A DNA stretch of 64,000 nucleotides, taken from the NCBI GenBank assembly GCA_031552145.1, contig JAVBMV010000007.1, forward strand, positions 226,486 to 290,485. Direction: 5' to 3'. The stretch is from Myxococcales bacterium. GTDB taxonomy: Bacteria; Myxococcota; Myxococcia; Myxococcales; UBA5297. Shown here in pieces: positions 40,105-50,012 of this stretch; within the stretch, counting starts at the first letter, position 1; the number at the start of each line of letters is the position of its first letter. Below the pieces are notes generated by a model. It had not been told where the DNA came from. It worked only from the letters and a program-made list of their open reading frames with translations, and did no database searches. Made by a program: the position numbers and the translations under genes.

Positions 40105-41277
40105 TCAGCACAACTCGCGAATCGAGCGCGCGCGGATCCTCGGGGCAAGCTCGAAGCTCTCGGCGCCAGCGTGGAGGACCTCAATGCGCTCTAGCTTCAG
40201 ATCGGCCTGGGCGTTGCGCATCGAGGGCGTGACCTTGGGGCTGTCCGTATATTTCACCTCGAACCCTAGTCGCTCTCCGCCGCGCACGATGAGCAGATCC
40301 AGCTCCGCGCCCGAGTGGGTTCGCCAAAAGAAGCACTCGTTGTCGCGCGCGCCCAAGTGCTGGGTAATCTGCTCGATGGCGAAGCCCTCGAAGGAGGCAC
40401 CCAGCTTGGGGTGACGCTCCAGCTCGCGCCTGTTGCCTATATCGAGCAGGGAGTGCAGGAGCCCGCTGTCGCGCAGGTAGAGCTTGGGCGACTTGACCAC
40501 CCGCTTTCTTAGATTTTCATGCCAAGGGCGCAGTTGGCGGACCATGAAGGTCTGCTCGAGCGCGTCGCAGTAGCCTCGTACGGTGTTGTCGTTGACGCTC
40601 ATGGAGCGCCCCAACTCGGACCAGTTGAGGAGCTGGCCATGCAGGTGCGCCAGCATGGTCCAGAAGCGCTCCAGTGACTTGGAGGCTATCCTCAGCCCAA
40701 GCTGCGCGAGGTCGCGCTCGAGGAAGGTGCGGATGAACTCGCGGCGCCACGATGCGCTCGTCGAGAGAGTGCGGGCGGTAAAGGAACGAGGAAAGCCTCC
40801 GCGAAGCCAGAGGTCGGCGAGGCGGTTGGGCCCTACCTCTCCGAGGTTGAAGCCCGACAGCTCGTGGTAGGCGATGCGGCCGGCGAGCGACTCGCTGCTC
40901 TGGTGCAGCAGATCGCCGCTGGCGCTGCCCAGGAGCAGGAAGCGTGCGCGCAGCGGACGGCGATCCACGAGCACGCGGAGGCTGGGGAAGAGCTCCGGGC
41001 GCCGCTGGATCTCGTCTATGACCACGAGCCCGCGCAGCCCCTCCAGGGCGAGCATGGGGTTCTCTAGCCGCGCCAAATCTCTCGGATCCTCGCAATCGAA
41101 CCAGGTGCCCTGCTTGCTGGCGGCGAAGAGCTCGCGCGCGAGGGTGGTCTTGCCCACTTGACGTGCCCCTAGGAGCGCGACGGCTGGGTGCTGTTTCAAG
41201 AGGCGCGCCACGAATAGGCGGTGTTTGTCTCTGTCGAGCATACCCTGAATATTCGCAGTCAGGCTCTGAATATTCAA
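40105..41277 (-). CDS. AAA+ ATPase with C-terminal DUF4143-type PD-(D/E)xK nuclease-like domain
   Basis: Walker A GARQVGKTTL; Walker B VVIDEIQ; C-terminal GAELDLLIVRGGERLGFEVKY. The track start at 41277 is TTG; ATG 41241 (MLDRDKHRLF) is an equally plausible start. Confidence 0.8.
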   Translation of the reverse strand: MNIQSLTANIQGMLDRDKHRLFVARLLKQHPAVALLGARQVGKTTLARELFAASKQGTWFDCEDPRDLARLENPMLALEGLRGLVVIDEIQRRPELFPSLRVLVDRRPLRARFLLLGSASGDLLHQSSESLAGRIAYHELSGFNLGEVGPNRLADLWLRGGFPRSFTARTLSTSASWRREFIRTFLERDLAQLGLRIASKSLERFWTMLAHLHGQLLNWSELGRSMSVNDNTVRGYCDALEQTFMVRQLRPWHENLRKRVVKSPKLYLRDSGLLHSLLDIGNRRELERHPKLGASFEGFAIEQITQHLGARDNECFFWRTHSGAELDLLIVRGGERLGFEVKYTDSPKVTPSMRNAQADLKLERIEVLHAGAESFELAPRIRARSIRELC

Positions 41278-41481
41278 GGTCAGAGATCGCGATTTTCACT
41301 CTGAAGTCTGCAGGTATGCACCGGAGATGGATGCAGGTCACTCCCTGCTGGTCAGGCCCTGCCTGCAGGGGCCGATGGAGCGGCGCCGGGCGCGGATCCT
41401 CGGGGCTAGCTCGAAGCTCGGCGCTTGCGTGGCTCTCTCTCCGCCCTGCCGGCTCGAAAGATGCCACTAGGAAAGAACTCG

Positions 41482-41529
41482 GGTGTGGCCCTAGGATGGC
41501 CGATCGTTTCCTCAACAGAGGTTGAACGC
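41482..41529 (+). repeat. Right copy of the 48-bp direct repeat; functions as the glnS 5' leader/RBS
   Basis: Identical to 40042-40089. GAGG lies 9 nt upstream of the glnS ATG at 41531. Confidence 0.85.
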
Positions 41530-41530
41530 C

Positions 41531-43306
41531 ATGTCCGAGACGCCCCGCCCCGAGAGTCCCAACACCTCATCAACCCCCAACCCCGCGCCGCCCGAGCGCG
41601 AGGAGGGGCTCGACTTCGTGCGCGCCCTGGTGGCGGAGGCCGTCGCCCAGGGGAAGAACGGAGGGCAGGTGGTGACGCGCTTCCCGCCCGAGCCCAACGG
41701 CTACCTCCACATTGGCCACGCGAAGGCGATCTGCCTCAACTTCGGCATCGCCAAGGAGTTCGCGGGGCGCTGTCACCTGCGCTTCGACGACACCAATCCG
41801 ACGAAGGAGGACGTGGAGTTCACCGACTCGATCATCGAGGACGTGCGCTGGCTCGGCTTCGACTGGGGAGAGCACCTCTACTACGCGAGCGACTACTTCG
41901 AGCAGCTCTACCAGTGGGCGCTCGCGCTCATCGACAAGGGGCTCGCCTATGTCTGCGACCTGGACGCGGAGCAGGTGCGCGCCTACCGCGGCACGCTGAC
42001 CGAGCCGGGCAAGGAGAGCCCCTTCCGAAGCCGCTCCATCGCGGAGAACCGCGACCTCTTCCAGCGGATGCGCGCCGGCGAGTTCCCCGACGGTACGCGC
42101 ACGCTGCGCGCCAAGATCGACATGGCCTCGTCGAACCTTAATATGCGCGACCCGGCGCTCTACCGGATTCGGCGCGCGCACCACCACCGCACGGGCGACG
42201 CCTGGTGCATCTACCCGATGTACGACTGGGCCCACGGCCAGTCGGACGCCATCGAGGGGATCACCCACTCGATCTGTACGCTCGAGTTCGAGAACCACAG
42301 GCCGCTCTACGACTGGTTCATCGAGAAGCTCGAGCTGAAGAATCACCCGAGGCAGGTGGAGTTCGCGCGCCTCAACCTGGGCTATACGGTGATGAGCAAG
42401 CGCAAGCTGTTGCAGCTGGTGCAGGAGAAGCGCGTCAGCGGCTGGGACGATCCGCGCATGCCGACCATCGCCGGGCTGCGCCGCAGGGGCTATACGCCCA
42501 GCTCGCTGCGCGCCTTCGCCGAGCGCATCGGCGTAGCGAAGCGCGAGAGCATGGTCGATGTGGGCCTGCTCGAGAACGCCATCGCCGACGAGCTCAATGC
42601 CAGCGCGCCGCGCGTCATGGGGGTGTTGAAGCCGCTCAAGGTGGTGATCGAGAACTGGCCCGAAGGGCAGGTCGAGTGGATCGACGCCCCCTATTTGCCG
42701 CCCGCGCCGGGGCAGGCGCCCGCCGAAGGGCCGGGCCCGACGCGCAAGGTTCCCTTCGGGCGCGAGCTCTACATCGAGCGCGACGATTTCATGGAAGACC
42801 CCCCGAAGAAGTTCTTCCGCCTGGGGCCCGGGCGCGAGGTGCGGCTGCGCTGGGGCTGGTTCCTCAAATGCGAGCGCTTCATCAAGAATGAGGCGGGGGA
42901 GGTGATGGAGCTGCGCTGCACCTACGATCCCGCGACGAAGGGGGGCAACTCGCCCGACGGACGCAAGGTGAAGGGCACCATCCACTGGGTGAGCGCCGCC
43001 CACGCGCTCGACGCGGAAGTTCGCCTCTACGATCGGCTCTTCAATGTCGAGGACCCGGCGGCGGTCGAGGATTGGCTCGCTGCCATAAACCCCGAGTCGC
43101 TCGTGCGCCTTTCGGGCTGCAAGCTCGAACCCAGCGTCGCCACGCTGAAGCAGGGCGAGCGGGTCCAGTTCGAGCGCCAGGGCTACTTCTGTCTCGACGC
43201 GAAGGAGAGCCGCCCGGAGGCGCTCGTCTTCAATCGGATCGTCACGCTCAAGAGCAGTTGGGCCAAGGCTCAGGCGAAGGACGCCGGCGGCGCGGAGGCT
43301 GGCTGA
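41531..43306 (+). CDS. glnS: Glutamine--tRNA ligase
   Basis: [23 protein letters not shown] (HIGH); TVMSKRKL (KMSKS-like). Class I GlnRS/GluRS core plus C-terminal anticodon-binding barrels. ~30-aa Pro/Ser-rich N-terminal extension. Confidence 0.95.
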   Translation: MSETPRPESPNTSSTPNPAPPEREEGLDFVRALVAEAVAQGKNGGQVVTRFPPEPNGYLHIGHAKAICLNFGIAKEFAGRCHLRFDDTNPTKEDVEFTDSIIEDVRWLGFDWGEHLYYASDYFEQLYQWALALIDKGLAYVCDLDAEQVRAYRGTLTEPGKESPFRSRSIAENRDLFQRMRAGEFPDGTRTLRAKIDMASSNLNMRDPALYRIRRAHHHRTGDAWCIYPMYDWAHGQSDAIEGITHSICTLEFENHRPLYDWFIEKLELKNHPRQVEFARLNLGYTVMSKRKLLQLVQEKRVSGWDDPRMPTIAGLRRRGYTPSSLRAFAERIGVAKRESMVDVGLLENAIADELNASAPRVMGVLKPLKVVIENWPEGQVEWIDAPYLPPAPGQAPAEGPGPTRKVPFGRELYIERDDFMEDPPKKFFRLGPGREVRLRWGWFLKCERFIKNEAGEVMELRCTYDPATKGGNSPDGRKVKGTIHWVSAAHALDAEVRLYDRLFNVEDPAAVEDWLAAINPESLVRLSGCKLEPSVATLKQGERVQFERQGYFCLDAKESRPEALVFNRIVTLKSSWAKAQAKDAGGAEAG

Positions 43307-43956
43307 TGGAGCTCCCCGCGCTCTCGATAGAGCCCCATCCGCTGCTTCACCTGCGCGCCCTGGTGGCCGAGCTGCCCGAGGGGGCCATGGCTGCCCCCAC
43401 TCCGGAGGCCATCGCGCGGCTGCTCGCCTTGGCGCCGGCGCCGGGGCTGACACCGCTCGCGCCGCCCGACGACGCGGTGCGCTCCGAGATCCGGGGGCTC
43501 CTGCGCCACGGCGGCTTCAAGCCGACCGGACGTTCGAAGCCCTGCCCCGAATATCTGCTGCGCGAGGTGGGAGAGGGGCCCATTCGCTCCATCAACCCCG
43601 CCGTCGATCTGGGCAACGTGGTGGCGCTCCACTCTGGCCTCCCGGTCTGCATCTTCGATCTGGACCGGCTCGCTCCGCCGTTGCGCGTAGCGATTGCCGG
43701 GGAGGGGGAGGGCTATCCCTTCAACGCCTCGGGGCAGGTGATCGACCTGGCCGGCCTGCTCTGCCTCTATGACGGCGAGGGGCCCTGCGGCAACGCCGTG
43801 AAGGACGCCCAGCGGACCAAGACCGATGTTTCGACCCGCCGGCTCCTCTGCCTCCTCTGGGGCTGCGTCTCCCAGAGGGCGCGGACCGACGCCGCCGCCC
43901 AGTGGGCGCTAGAGTTGCTGCGCTCGTTAGAAGGTGAGAGCGCCTTTCTCGCATAG
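43306..43956 (+). CDS. Stand-alone B3/B4 (PheT-like tRNA-binding) domain protein
   Basis: ATG 43306 overlaps the glnS stop (TGATG). [21 protein letters not shown]...[26 protein letters not shown]...[12 protein letters not shown] resembles the PheRS-beta B3/B4 fold family. The track start at 43072 lies inside glnS. Confidence 0.7.
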   Translation: MELPALSIEPHPLLHLRALVAELPEGAMAAPTPEAIARLLALAPAPGLTPLAPPDDAVRSEIRGLLRHGGFKPTGRSKPCPEYLLREVGEGPIRSINPAVDLGNVVALHSGLPVCIFDLDRLAPPLRVAIAGEGEGYPFNASGQVIDLAGLLCLYDGEGPCGNAVKDAQRTKTDVSTRRLLCLLWGCVSQRARTDAAAQWALELLRSLEGESAFLA

Positions 43957-43975
43957 CGGGTATACTCCCGCGATC

Positions 43976-46744
43976 ATGTCAGACCAGGACGATCTCCAGA
44001 AGAACTCCTCGCCGCCCGGCTCCCCAGGTCCGGGCGAGCAGGAGGCTGCCATCCCCGCCGCGCCGCCCCCGTCGGATGACGGCGCGGGCTTGAACGTGTT
44101 GCCAGTCGCCATCGAAGACGAGATGCGCAAGAGCTATCTCGACTACTCGATGAGCGTCATCATTGGGCGCGCGCTCCCCGATGTGCGCGACGGCTCCAAG
44201 CCGGCCCACCGGCGCGTGCTCTACGCGATGCACGGCCTGGGCAACACGCACAACAAGGCCTACAAGAAATCGGCGCGCATCGTCGGCGACGTGATCGGCC
44301 AGTACCACCCCCACGGCGATCAGGCGGTCTACGACACGCTGGTGCGCATGGCGCAGGACTTCTCGCTGCGCTACCCGCTGGTTGACGGCCAGGGCAACTT
44401 CGGTTCCATCGACGGCGATCCGGCCGCGGCGATGCGCTACACCGAGTCGCGCATGACGCGCCTCGCCGAGGAGATGCTCGCCGACATCGACAAGGAGACG
44501 GTCGACTTCGGCCCCACCTACGACGACGCCTCGACCGAGCCGCTGGTGCTCCCCGCGCGCTTCCCGAACCTGCTCGTCAATGGCTCGGCCGGCATCGCGG
44601 TGGGCATGGCGACCAACATCCCGCCCCACAACATGGGTGAGGTGGTCGATGCGACGATCCATTTGATCGACAACCCGAACGCCACCGTGCCCGACCTGAT
44701 GCGCTTCGTGCCGGGGCCCGACTTCCCGACGGCGGGCTTCATCCAGGGGCGCAAGGGCATCTTCGACGCCTATACCACCGGGCGCGGCCACCTGAAGCTG
44801 CGCGCGCACGCCGAGATCGAGGTCGATCCCAGGACCGAGCGCGAGACGATCGTCGTCACCGAGCTGCCCTATCAGGTGAACAAGGCGCGCCTCATCGAGC
44901 GCATCGCCGAGCTGCACCGCGAGAAGGTAGTGGAGGGGATCAGCAACCTGCGCGACGAGTCCGATCGCCACGGCATGCGGATCGTCGTCGAGGTCTCGCG
45001 CAACGCGATGGGCCAGGTGGTGCTCAACAACCTCTTCACCCACACCGATCTACAGACCACCTTCGGCGTCATCATGCTGGCCATCGACAACGGTCAGCCG
45101 CGCATCCTCAACCTGAAAGAGCTGCTGGAGCGCTTCGTCAGCCACCGGCGCGACGTGGTGACGCGGCGCAGCCGCTTCGAGCTGAGGAAGGCGCTGGCGC
45201 GGCGCCACATCGTCGAAGGGCTCATCGTCGCCCAGGACTTCATCGATCACGTGATCCGTGTCATCCGCAAGTCGAAGGACGGCGAGGAGGCCTCCTGGGC
45301 GCTGCAGCGGATCCTCTCCGAGTCGCTCTACGAGCGCGAGACCTTCCAGGCGCTCCCGAGGGTGGAGTTCGGTCAGGTGCGGGCGCAGATGGAGGCGCTC
45401 GTCGCGCGCGCCAGCGCCGAGGAGCCGCTCTACACCGGCCTCTCCAAGGAATATGTGGGCACCGGCTTCTCGCCCGAGCAGGCGAAGGCGATCCTCGAGA
45501 TGCGCCTGCAGAAGCTGACGGGCCTGGAGCGCGACGAGCTTCTGAAGGAGATGCTGGAGCTGACGCGCGAGATCGCGCGCCTCGAGCAGATCCTCGCCGA
45601 CGAGCAGACGCTGCTCGGCGTCATCAAGGCGGAGCTGGCCGATATCAGGCAGAACTATGCCGACGAGCGGCGCACGCAGATCGTCGAGGAGGCGGGCGAC
45701 CTCTCGATCGAGGATCTCATCGCCGAGGAGGACGTGGTCGTCACGCTCTCGCACACGGGTTACGTCAAGCGCAACCCGGCCGCCGACTACCGCGCGCAGC
45801 GGCGCGGCGGGCGCGGCAAGACGGGCGCGGGGATGAAGGAAGACGATTTCGTCGAGCAGCTCTTCGTCGCCTCCACCCACGACTACGTGCTGGTCTTCTC
45901 GACCGAGGGGCGGCTCTTCTGGCTGAAGGTGCACGAGATCCCGCCGGGGGGGCGCGCCGCCCGCGGCAAGGCGATCGTCAATCTGGTGCAGTTCAAGGCG
46001 GAGGAGAAGCTGGCCGCCCTCTTGCCGGTGAAGGGGTTCGAGGCGGGCCGCTTTGTCGCCTTCGTCACCGCGAAGGGTGTGGTGAAGCGCACCTCGCTCG
46101 ACCACTTCTCCAATCCCCGCGCCGCCGGCATCATCGCGTTGGGAATCGAGGAGGATGACTCGCTCGTCTCGGTGAAGCTGACCGATGGCACCAAGGATCT
46201 GCTGCTTGCCACGAAGAATGGCATGTCGATCCGCTTCAACGAAGAGGAGGTGCGCGCCATGGGGCGCGCCGCCTACGGCGTGAAGGGGATTACGCTCGAG
46301 AAGGGCGACAAGGTGGTGGGCGCCGAGGTGGTGGAGGCGGGGCGCTCCATCCTCACCGTCACCGAGAACGGCTACGGCAAGCGCACCGACGAAGCCGAGT
46401 ACCGGGTGCAGGGGCGCGGCGGCAAGGGGATCATCGACATCAAGACCACCGAGCGCAACGGCGCGGTCGTGGGGCTCTCGCAGGTGAGCGACACCGACGA
46501 GATCATGCTCATCACCAACCAGGGCATGCTCATCCGCACGCGCGTCAACGAGATCTCGGTCATCGGCCGCAACACCCAGGGCGTGCGTCTCATCTCGCTC
46601 GACGGCGAAGAGGAGCGCGTCTCGGGGCTCGCGCGTCTGCCCGAGGATGACGACGAGGAGCGCGCGGGCGAGCAGGGCGAGGCGAGCGGGTCGGGCGATC
46701 TGGGTGGTTTAGGCGACGACGAGGAGCCGCCGGCGCCCTCCTGA
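43976..46744 (+). CDS. gyrA: DNA gyrase subunit A
   Basis: [32 protein letters not shown]; [40 protein letters not shown]...AAMRYTE (active-site Tyr). C-terminal beta-pinwheel repeats and an acidic tail. Start at ATG 43976. Confidence 0.95.
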   Translation: MSDQDDLQKNSSPPGSPGPGEQEAAIPAAPPPSDDGAGLNVLPVAIEDEMRKSYLDYSMSVIIGRALPDVRDGSKPAHRRVLYAMHGLGNTHNKAYKKSARIVGDVIGQYHPHGDQAVYDTLVRMAQDFSLRYPLVDGQGNFGSIDGDPAAAMRYTESRMTRLAEEMLADIDKETVDFGPTYDDASTEPLVLPARFPNLLVNGSAGIAVGMATNIPPHNMGEVVDATIHLIDNPNATVPDLMRFVPGPDFPTAGFIQGRKGIFDAYTTGRGHLKLRAHAEIEVDPRTERETIVVTELPYQVNKARLIERIAELHREKVVEGISNLRDESDRHGMRIVVEVSRNAMGQVVLNNLFTHTDLQTTFGVIMLAIDNGQPRILNLKELLERFVSHRRDVVTRRSRFELRKALARRHIVEGLIVAQDFIDHVIRVIRKSKDGEEASWALQRILSESLYERETFQALPRVEFGQVRAQMEALVARASAEEPLYTGLSKEYVGTGFSPEQAKAILEMRLQKLTGLERDELLKEMLELTREIARLEQILADEQTLLGVIKAELADIRQNYADERRTQIVEEAGDLSIEDLIAEEDVVVTLSHTGYVKRNPAADYRAQRRGGRGKTGAGMKEDDFVEQLFVASTHDYVLVFSTEGRLFWLKVHEIPPGGRAARGKAIVNLVQFKAEEKLAALLPVKGFEAGRFVAFVTAKGVVKRTSLDHFSNPRAAGIIALGIEEDDSLVSVKLTDGTKDLLLATKNGMSIRFNEEEVRAMGRAAYGVKGITLEKGDKVVGAEVVEAGRSILTVTENGYGKRTDEAEYRVQGRGGKGIIDIKTTERNGAVVGLSQVSDTDEIMLITNQGMLIRTRVNEISVIGRNTQGVRLISLDGEEERVSGLARLPEDDDEERAGEQGEASGSGDLGGLGDDEEPPAPS

Positions 46745-46847
46745 GCCCGGCTTTTTTGGCGATTGCAGCTCGCGTGGTCTTTTCGGTGTGGGGCGTGCTA
46801 GCCTGCGCGCTCCGCACCGGAAGTAACTTTGCAAGGAGTAATGAATC

Positions 46848-47681
46848 ATGATGCGAAATAATGTTCTCGTTCTCTCGCTGGTGCTCGCGTTCGCGGCGAC
46901 CGGCTGCGTCGGTAAGGGCACTCACCAGGCGCTGCAGAAGCAGTTCGACCAGTCGCAGGCCAATCTGACAGAGCGCGACGACCAGCTCGCCAAGGAGCAG
47001 GCGAAGAGCGCTCAGCTGCAGGAGAAGATCGAGGCGCTCGAGGCGGAGCTGAACGCCCGCCGCGCCGAGCTGGCCGCCGCCAACAACGCCAAGGCCGCCA
47101 TGCTGAAGGACAAGAAGGGGCTCGAGGCCTCGATCGACGAGATGAGGCTGGCGCTCGCCGATCTCTCGCGCCGCAAGGCGGCGGCCGACGCGCGTATCGC
47201 CGAGTTCCGCTCGCTCATCGATCGCTTCAAGAGCCTCATCGACGCCGGCAAGCTGCAGGTGAAGATGGTCGACGGGCGCATGGTGGTGGCGCTCGCCTCC
47301 GACGTGCTCTTCGCCTCGGGCCAGGCGAAGCTGAGCAAGGACGGGCAGGCGGCCATCATCGAGGTGGCGGCGCTCCTCGCCGGCATCCCCGACCGCAAGT
47401 TCCAGGTCGAGGGGCACACCGACAATGTGCCCATCGCCACGGCCGCCTATCCCTCGAACTGGGAGCTGGCCGCCGGGCGCGCCATCACCGTCGTCAAGAC
47501 GATGATCGACGCAGGCATGGCCCCCTCGCGCATCAGCGCCGCCTCGCTCGGCGACAGCCGGCCCGCCGTGGCGAACGACTCGCCCGAGCACAAGGCGATT
47601 AACCGGCGCATCGAGATCGTGGTGGTGCCCGACCTCTCGGCGCTCCCCGGCTTCGAGGAGCTGCAGCAGGCCTCCAACTAG
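46848..47681 (+). CDS. OmpA/MotB-domain lipoprotein with N-terminal coiled coil
   Basis: AAGGAG RBS. Lipobox LAFAATGCVG. Coiled-coil segment (QLQEKIEALEAELNARRAELAAA). OmpA-like C-terminus GHTDNVPI...SNWELAAGRA...NRRIEIVV. Confidence 0.85.
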   Translation: MMRNNVLVLSLVLAFAATGCVGKGTHQALQKQFDQSQANLTERDDQLAKEQAKSAQLQEKIEALEAELNARRAELAAANNAKAAMLKDKKGLEASIDEMRLALADLSRRKAAADARIAEFRSLIDRFKSLIDAGKLQVKMVDGRMVVALASDVLFASGQAKLSKDGQAAIIEVAALLAGIPDRKFQVEGHTDNVPIATAAYPSNWELAAGRAITVVKTMIDAGMAPSRISAASLGDSRPAVANDSPEHKAINRRIEIVVVPDLSALPGFEELQQASN

Positions 47682-47710
47682 GCCTGCTCCACCCCACTCG
47701 GCCAGCCCTA

Positions 47711-47736
47711 CCCGGCGCTGTTTGAGCGGCGCCGGG
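47711..47736 (+). terminator. Hairpin downstream of the OmpA-domain gene
   Basis: CCCGGCGC (47711-47718) pairs with GCGCCGGG (47729-47736); 10-nt loop; no strong T-tract. Confidence 0.45.
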
Positions 47737-47866
47737 AAGTGTCGTAGGATGGGGCAATCGTATCCAACGAGAGTCCTCTGGGAGGCGCCGCGCCTCGGCC
47801 GGAGGGCTCCGTCTTAGTCGAGACATCCTTTCAACAGCGAATCCCATCTCTTGAGGAGTTCCCCCC

Positions 47867-49981
47867 ATGTCCAAGCCGCAGGATCTACAAGCTATCTTCA
47901 GTCCCAAGTCGATCGCCGTCATCGGCGTCTCCCAGACCAAGGCCGACAGCATCGGCAACACCGTGCTGAAGAACCTGATCGAGAGCGGCTTCCAGGGCGA
48001 GCTCTACCCCATCAACCCCCGCGCCTCGGAGATCATGGCGCGCAAGTGCTATCCCAACGTGAGCGCGGTGCCGGGTCCGGTCGACATGGCCGTCTACTGC
48101 GTGCCCGAGGATAAGGCGGTCGAGGCGGCCAAGGATTGCGCCAAGAAGGGCGTCAAGGCGAACGTCATCATCACCAGCGGTTTCTCCGAGGTGGGCAATA
48201 CGGCGGCCGAGAATCAGATCCTCGAGATCGCCCGCTCCGCCAACGCGCGCGTCGTCGGCCCCAACATTGTCGGCGTGTTGCTCAACGCCTCGAAGGCCAA
48301 CGCCAGCTTCGCTCCCTGCCTGCCCTTCCAGGGCAAGACGGCGCTCATCTCGCAGTCGGGCGCGCTCCTCATCGCCCTCGACATGGCGACCTTCGTCCGC
48401 CGCTTCGGCATCAGCTCGATGATCTGTCTGGGCAACATGTCGGACATCGACTTCTCCGACTGCGTCGACTACTTCGCCGGTGATGAGAACACGAGCTGCA
48501 TCTCGCTCTACATCGAGGGGCTCAAGAATGGCCGCCGCTTCATCGAGGCGGGGCGCAAGGCGTGCAAGCCGATCATCGCGCTCAAGGCGGGTGTCTCGGC
48601 CCACGGCGCCGCCGCGGCCGCCTCGCACACCGGCTCGCTCGCGGGCTCGGTGAAGGTCTACGACGCCGCCTTCAAGCAGGCGCACGTCATCCGCGCCAAC
48701 AACCTCGACGAGCTGCTCGACTGCTCGCAGGCGCTCTCGATGCAGCCGCCCATGAAGGGCGAGAACATCATCGTCATCACCAACGGCGGCGGCATCGGCG
48801 TGCTCTCCAGCGACGCGGCCGAGGCCTACGGCGTGCCGCTCAAGACCACGCCCGAGGATCTGCAGGTCGAGTTCCGCAAGTGCATGCCCGACTTCGGCAG
48901 CCCGAAGAACCCGGTCGACATCACCGGCGGCCAGGGCGTCGCGGGCTACCAGAAGGCGCTCGCCGCCGCGCTCAAGAGCGACTGGGTCCACGGCATCGCG
49001 ATCCTCTACTGCGAGACCGCGGTGACCAAGCCCGTCGACATCGCCGAGGGGCTGCTCAAGACGGTCGCGGAGCATGGCAAGACCGACAAGCCCATCGTCT
49101 GCTGCTTCGTCGGCGGCGACGAGTGTGTGAAGGGCGGCGCCATCCTCGGCCAGAACTCGATCCCCACCTTCGATAGCCCCTCCAAGACGATGTCGGCCCT
49201 CTCGGCGCTGCGCCAGATTGCCAAGTTCCAGGCCGAGGGCAGCTCGACCGCCTTCAGGCCTTTCCCCGATGTCGACCAGGCGCGCGCCCGCAAGATCATC
49301 GAGGAGGCGAAGAAGAATGGCCGCGCCGCGCTGACCGAGCCCGAGGCGAAGGAGGTCTTCTCCGCCTACGGTCTGCCCGTCGCGCCCGGCATCCTCGCCA
49401 AGACCGAGGACGAGGCGGTCGCCGCCGCCGAGAAGATCAAGTACCCCGTGGTGATGAAGATCGTCTCGCCGCAGATCATCCACAAGAGCGACGCGGGCGG
49501 CGTGAAGGTCCACATCAAGGATGCCGACGAGGTCCGCAAGGTCTTCAAGCTCATCCTCGAGAACGCCCGCAACTACAAGGCCGACGCCGAGATCCACGGC
49601 GTGCTGGTGCAGGAGATGGCCATGCTGGGCACCGAGGTGATCGTCGGCTCGGTGAATGACGCCACCTTCGGACCCACCGTCATGTTCGGTCTGGGCGGCA
49701 TCTTCGTCGAGGCGCTCAAGGACGTGACCTTCCGCGTCGCGCCCTTCTCGCCCGAGGCGGCGATGGGGATGTTCCCCGAGATCCGCGCCTACCCCATCCT
49801 CCAGGGGACCCGCGGCGCCAAGCCCCGCGATCAGAAGGCGCTCTCGGGCGTCGTCGCGCGCCTGAGCCAGATGGTGACCGACCTGGGCGACCTGGTCGCC
49901 GAGACCGACGCCAACCCCATCATGCTCTACGAAGAGGGGCGTGGCCTGAAGGTGGTCGACGCGCGCATCATCCTGAAGTAA
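47867..49981 (+). CDS. ADP-forming acetyl/acyl-CoA synthetase (fused alpha-beta: CoA-binding + ligase-CoA + ATP-grasp)
   Basis: N-terminal CoA-binding PKSIAVIGVS...; SQSGAL; GSLAGS phospho-His loop region; C-terminal ATP-grasp (YPVVMKIVSPQIIHKSDAGGVKV). Confidence 0.85.
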   Translation: MSKPQDLQAIFSPKSIAVIGVSQTKADSIGNTVLKNLIESGFQGELYPINPRASEIMARKCYPNVSAVPGPVDMAVYCVPEDKAVEAAKDCAKKGVKANVIITSGFSEVGNTAAENQILEIARSANARVVGPNIVGVLLNASKANASFAPCLPFQGKTALISQSGALLIALDMATFVRRFGISSMICLGNMSDIDFSDCVDYFAGDENTSCISLYIEGLKNGRRFIEAGRKACKPIIALKAGVSAHGAAAAASHTGSLAGSVKVYDAAFKQAHVIRANNLDELLDCSQALSMQPPMKGENIIVITNGGGIGVLSSDAAEAYGVPLKTTPEDLQVEFRKCMPDFGSPKNPVDITGGQGVAGYQKALAAALKSDWVHGIAILYCETAVTKPVDIAEGLLKTVAEHGKTDKPIVCCFVGGDECVKGGAILGQNSIPTFDSPSKTMSALSALRQIAKFQAEGSSTAFRPFPDVDQARARKIIEEAKKNGRAALTEPEAKEVFSAYGLPVAPGILAKTEDEAVAAAEKIKYPVVMKIVSPQIIHKSDAGGVKVHIKDADEVRKVFKLILENARNYKADAEIHGVLVQEMAMLGTEVIVGSVNDATFGPTVMFGLGGIFVEALKDVTFRVAPFSPEAAMGMFPEIRAYPILQGTRGAKPRDQKALSGVVARLSQMVTDLGDLVAETDANPIMLYEEGRGLKVVDARIILK

Positions 49982-50012
49982 TCGCTGCATCCAGCAGAGC
50001 AAGGAACGCAGC

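Noticed and set aside
39154-40194. 346-aa plus-strand ORF
   Set aside because: Most of it is antisense to the GT2 gene. Only its last 34 codons (from ATG 40090, behind the duplicated glnS RBS) might be meaningful, and that part is discussed in the findings rather than called as a gene.
41570-43453. 627-aa minus-strand ORF
   Set aside because: It is antisense to glnS, whose HIGH and KMSKS-type motifs lie on the plus strand.
43976-46744. GyrA N-terminal Pro-rich extension (~35 aa) and acidic C-terminal tail as an anomaly
   Set aside because: Low-complexity N-terminal extensions and acidic tails occur in GyrA of many lineages. Nothing in the sequence suggests more than lineage-specific decoration.
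46726-46757. Intrinsic terminator after gyrA (GCCGG...CCGGC followed by TTTTTT)
   Set aside because: The stem is only 5 bp with a 13-nt loop and overlaps the gyrA stop. That is too weak to call as a feature, although the T6 tract is suggestive.
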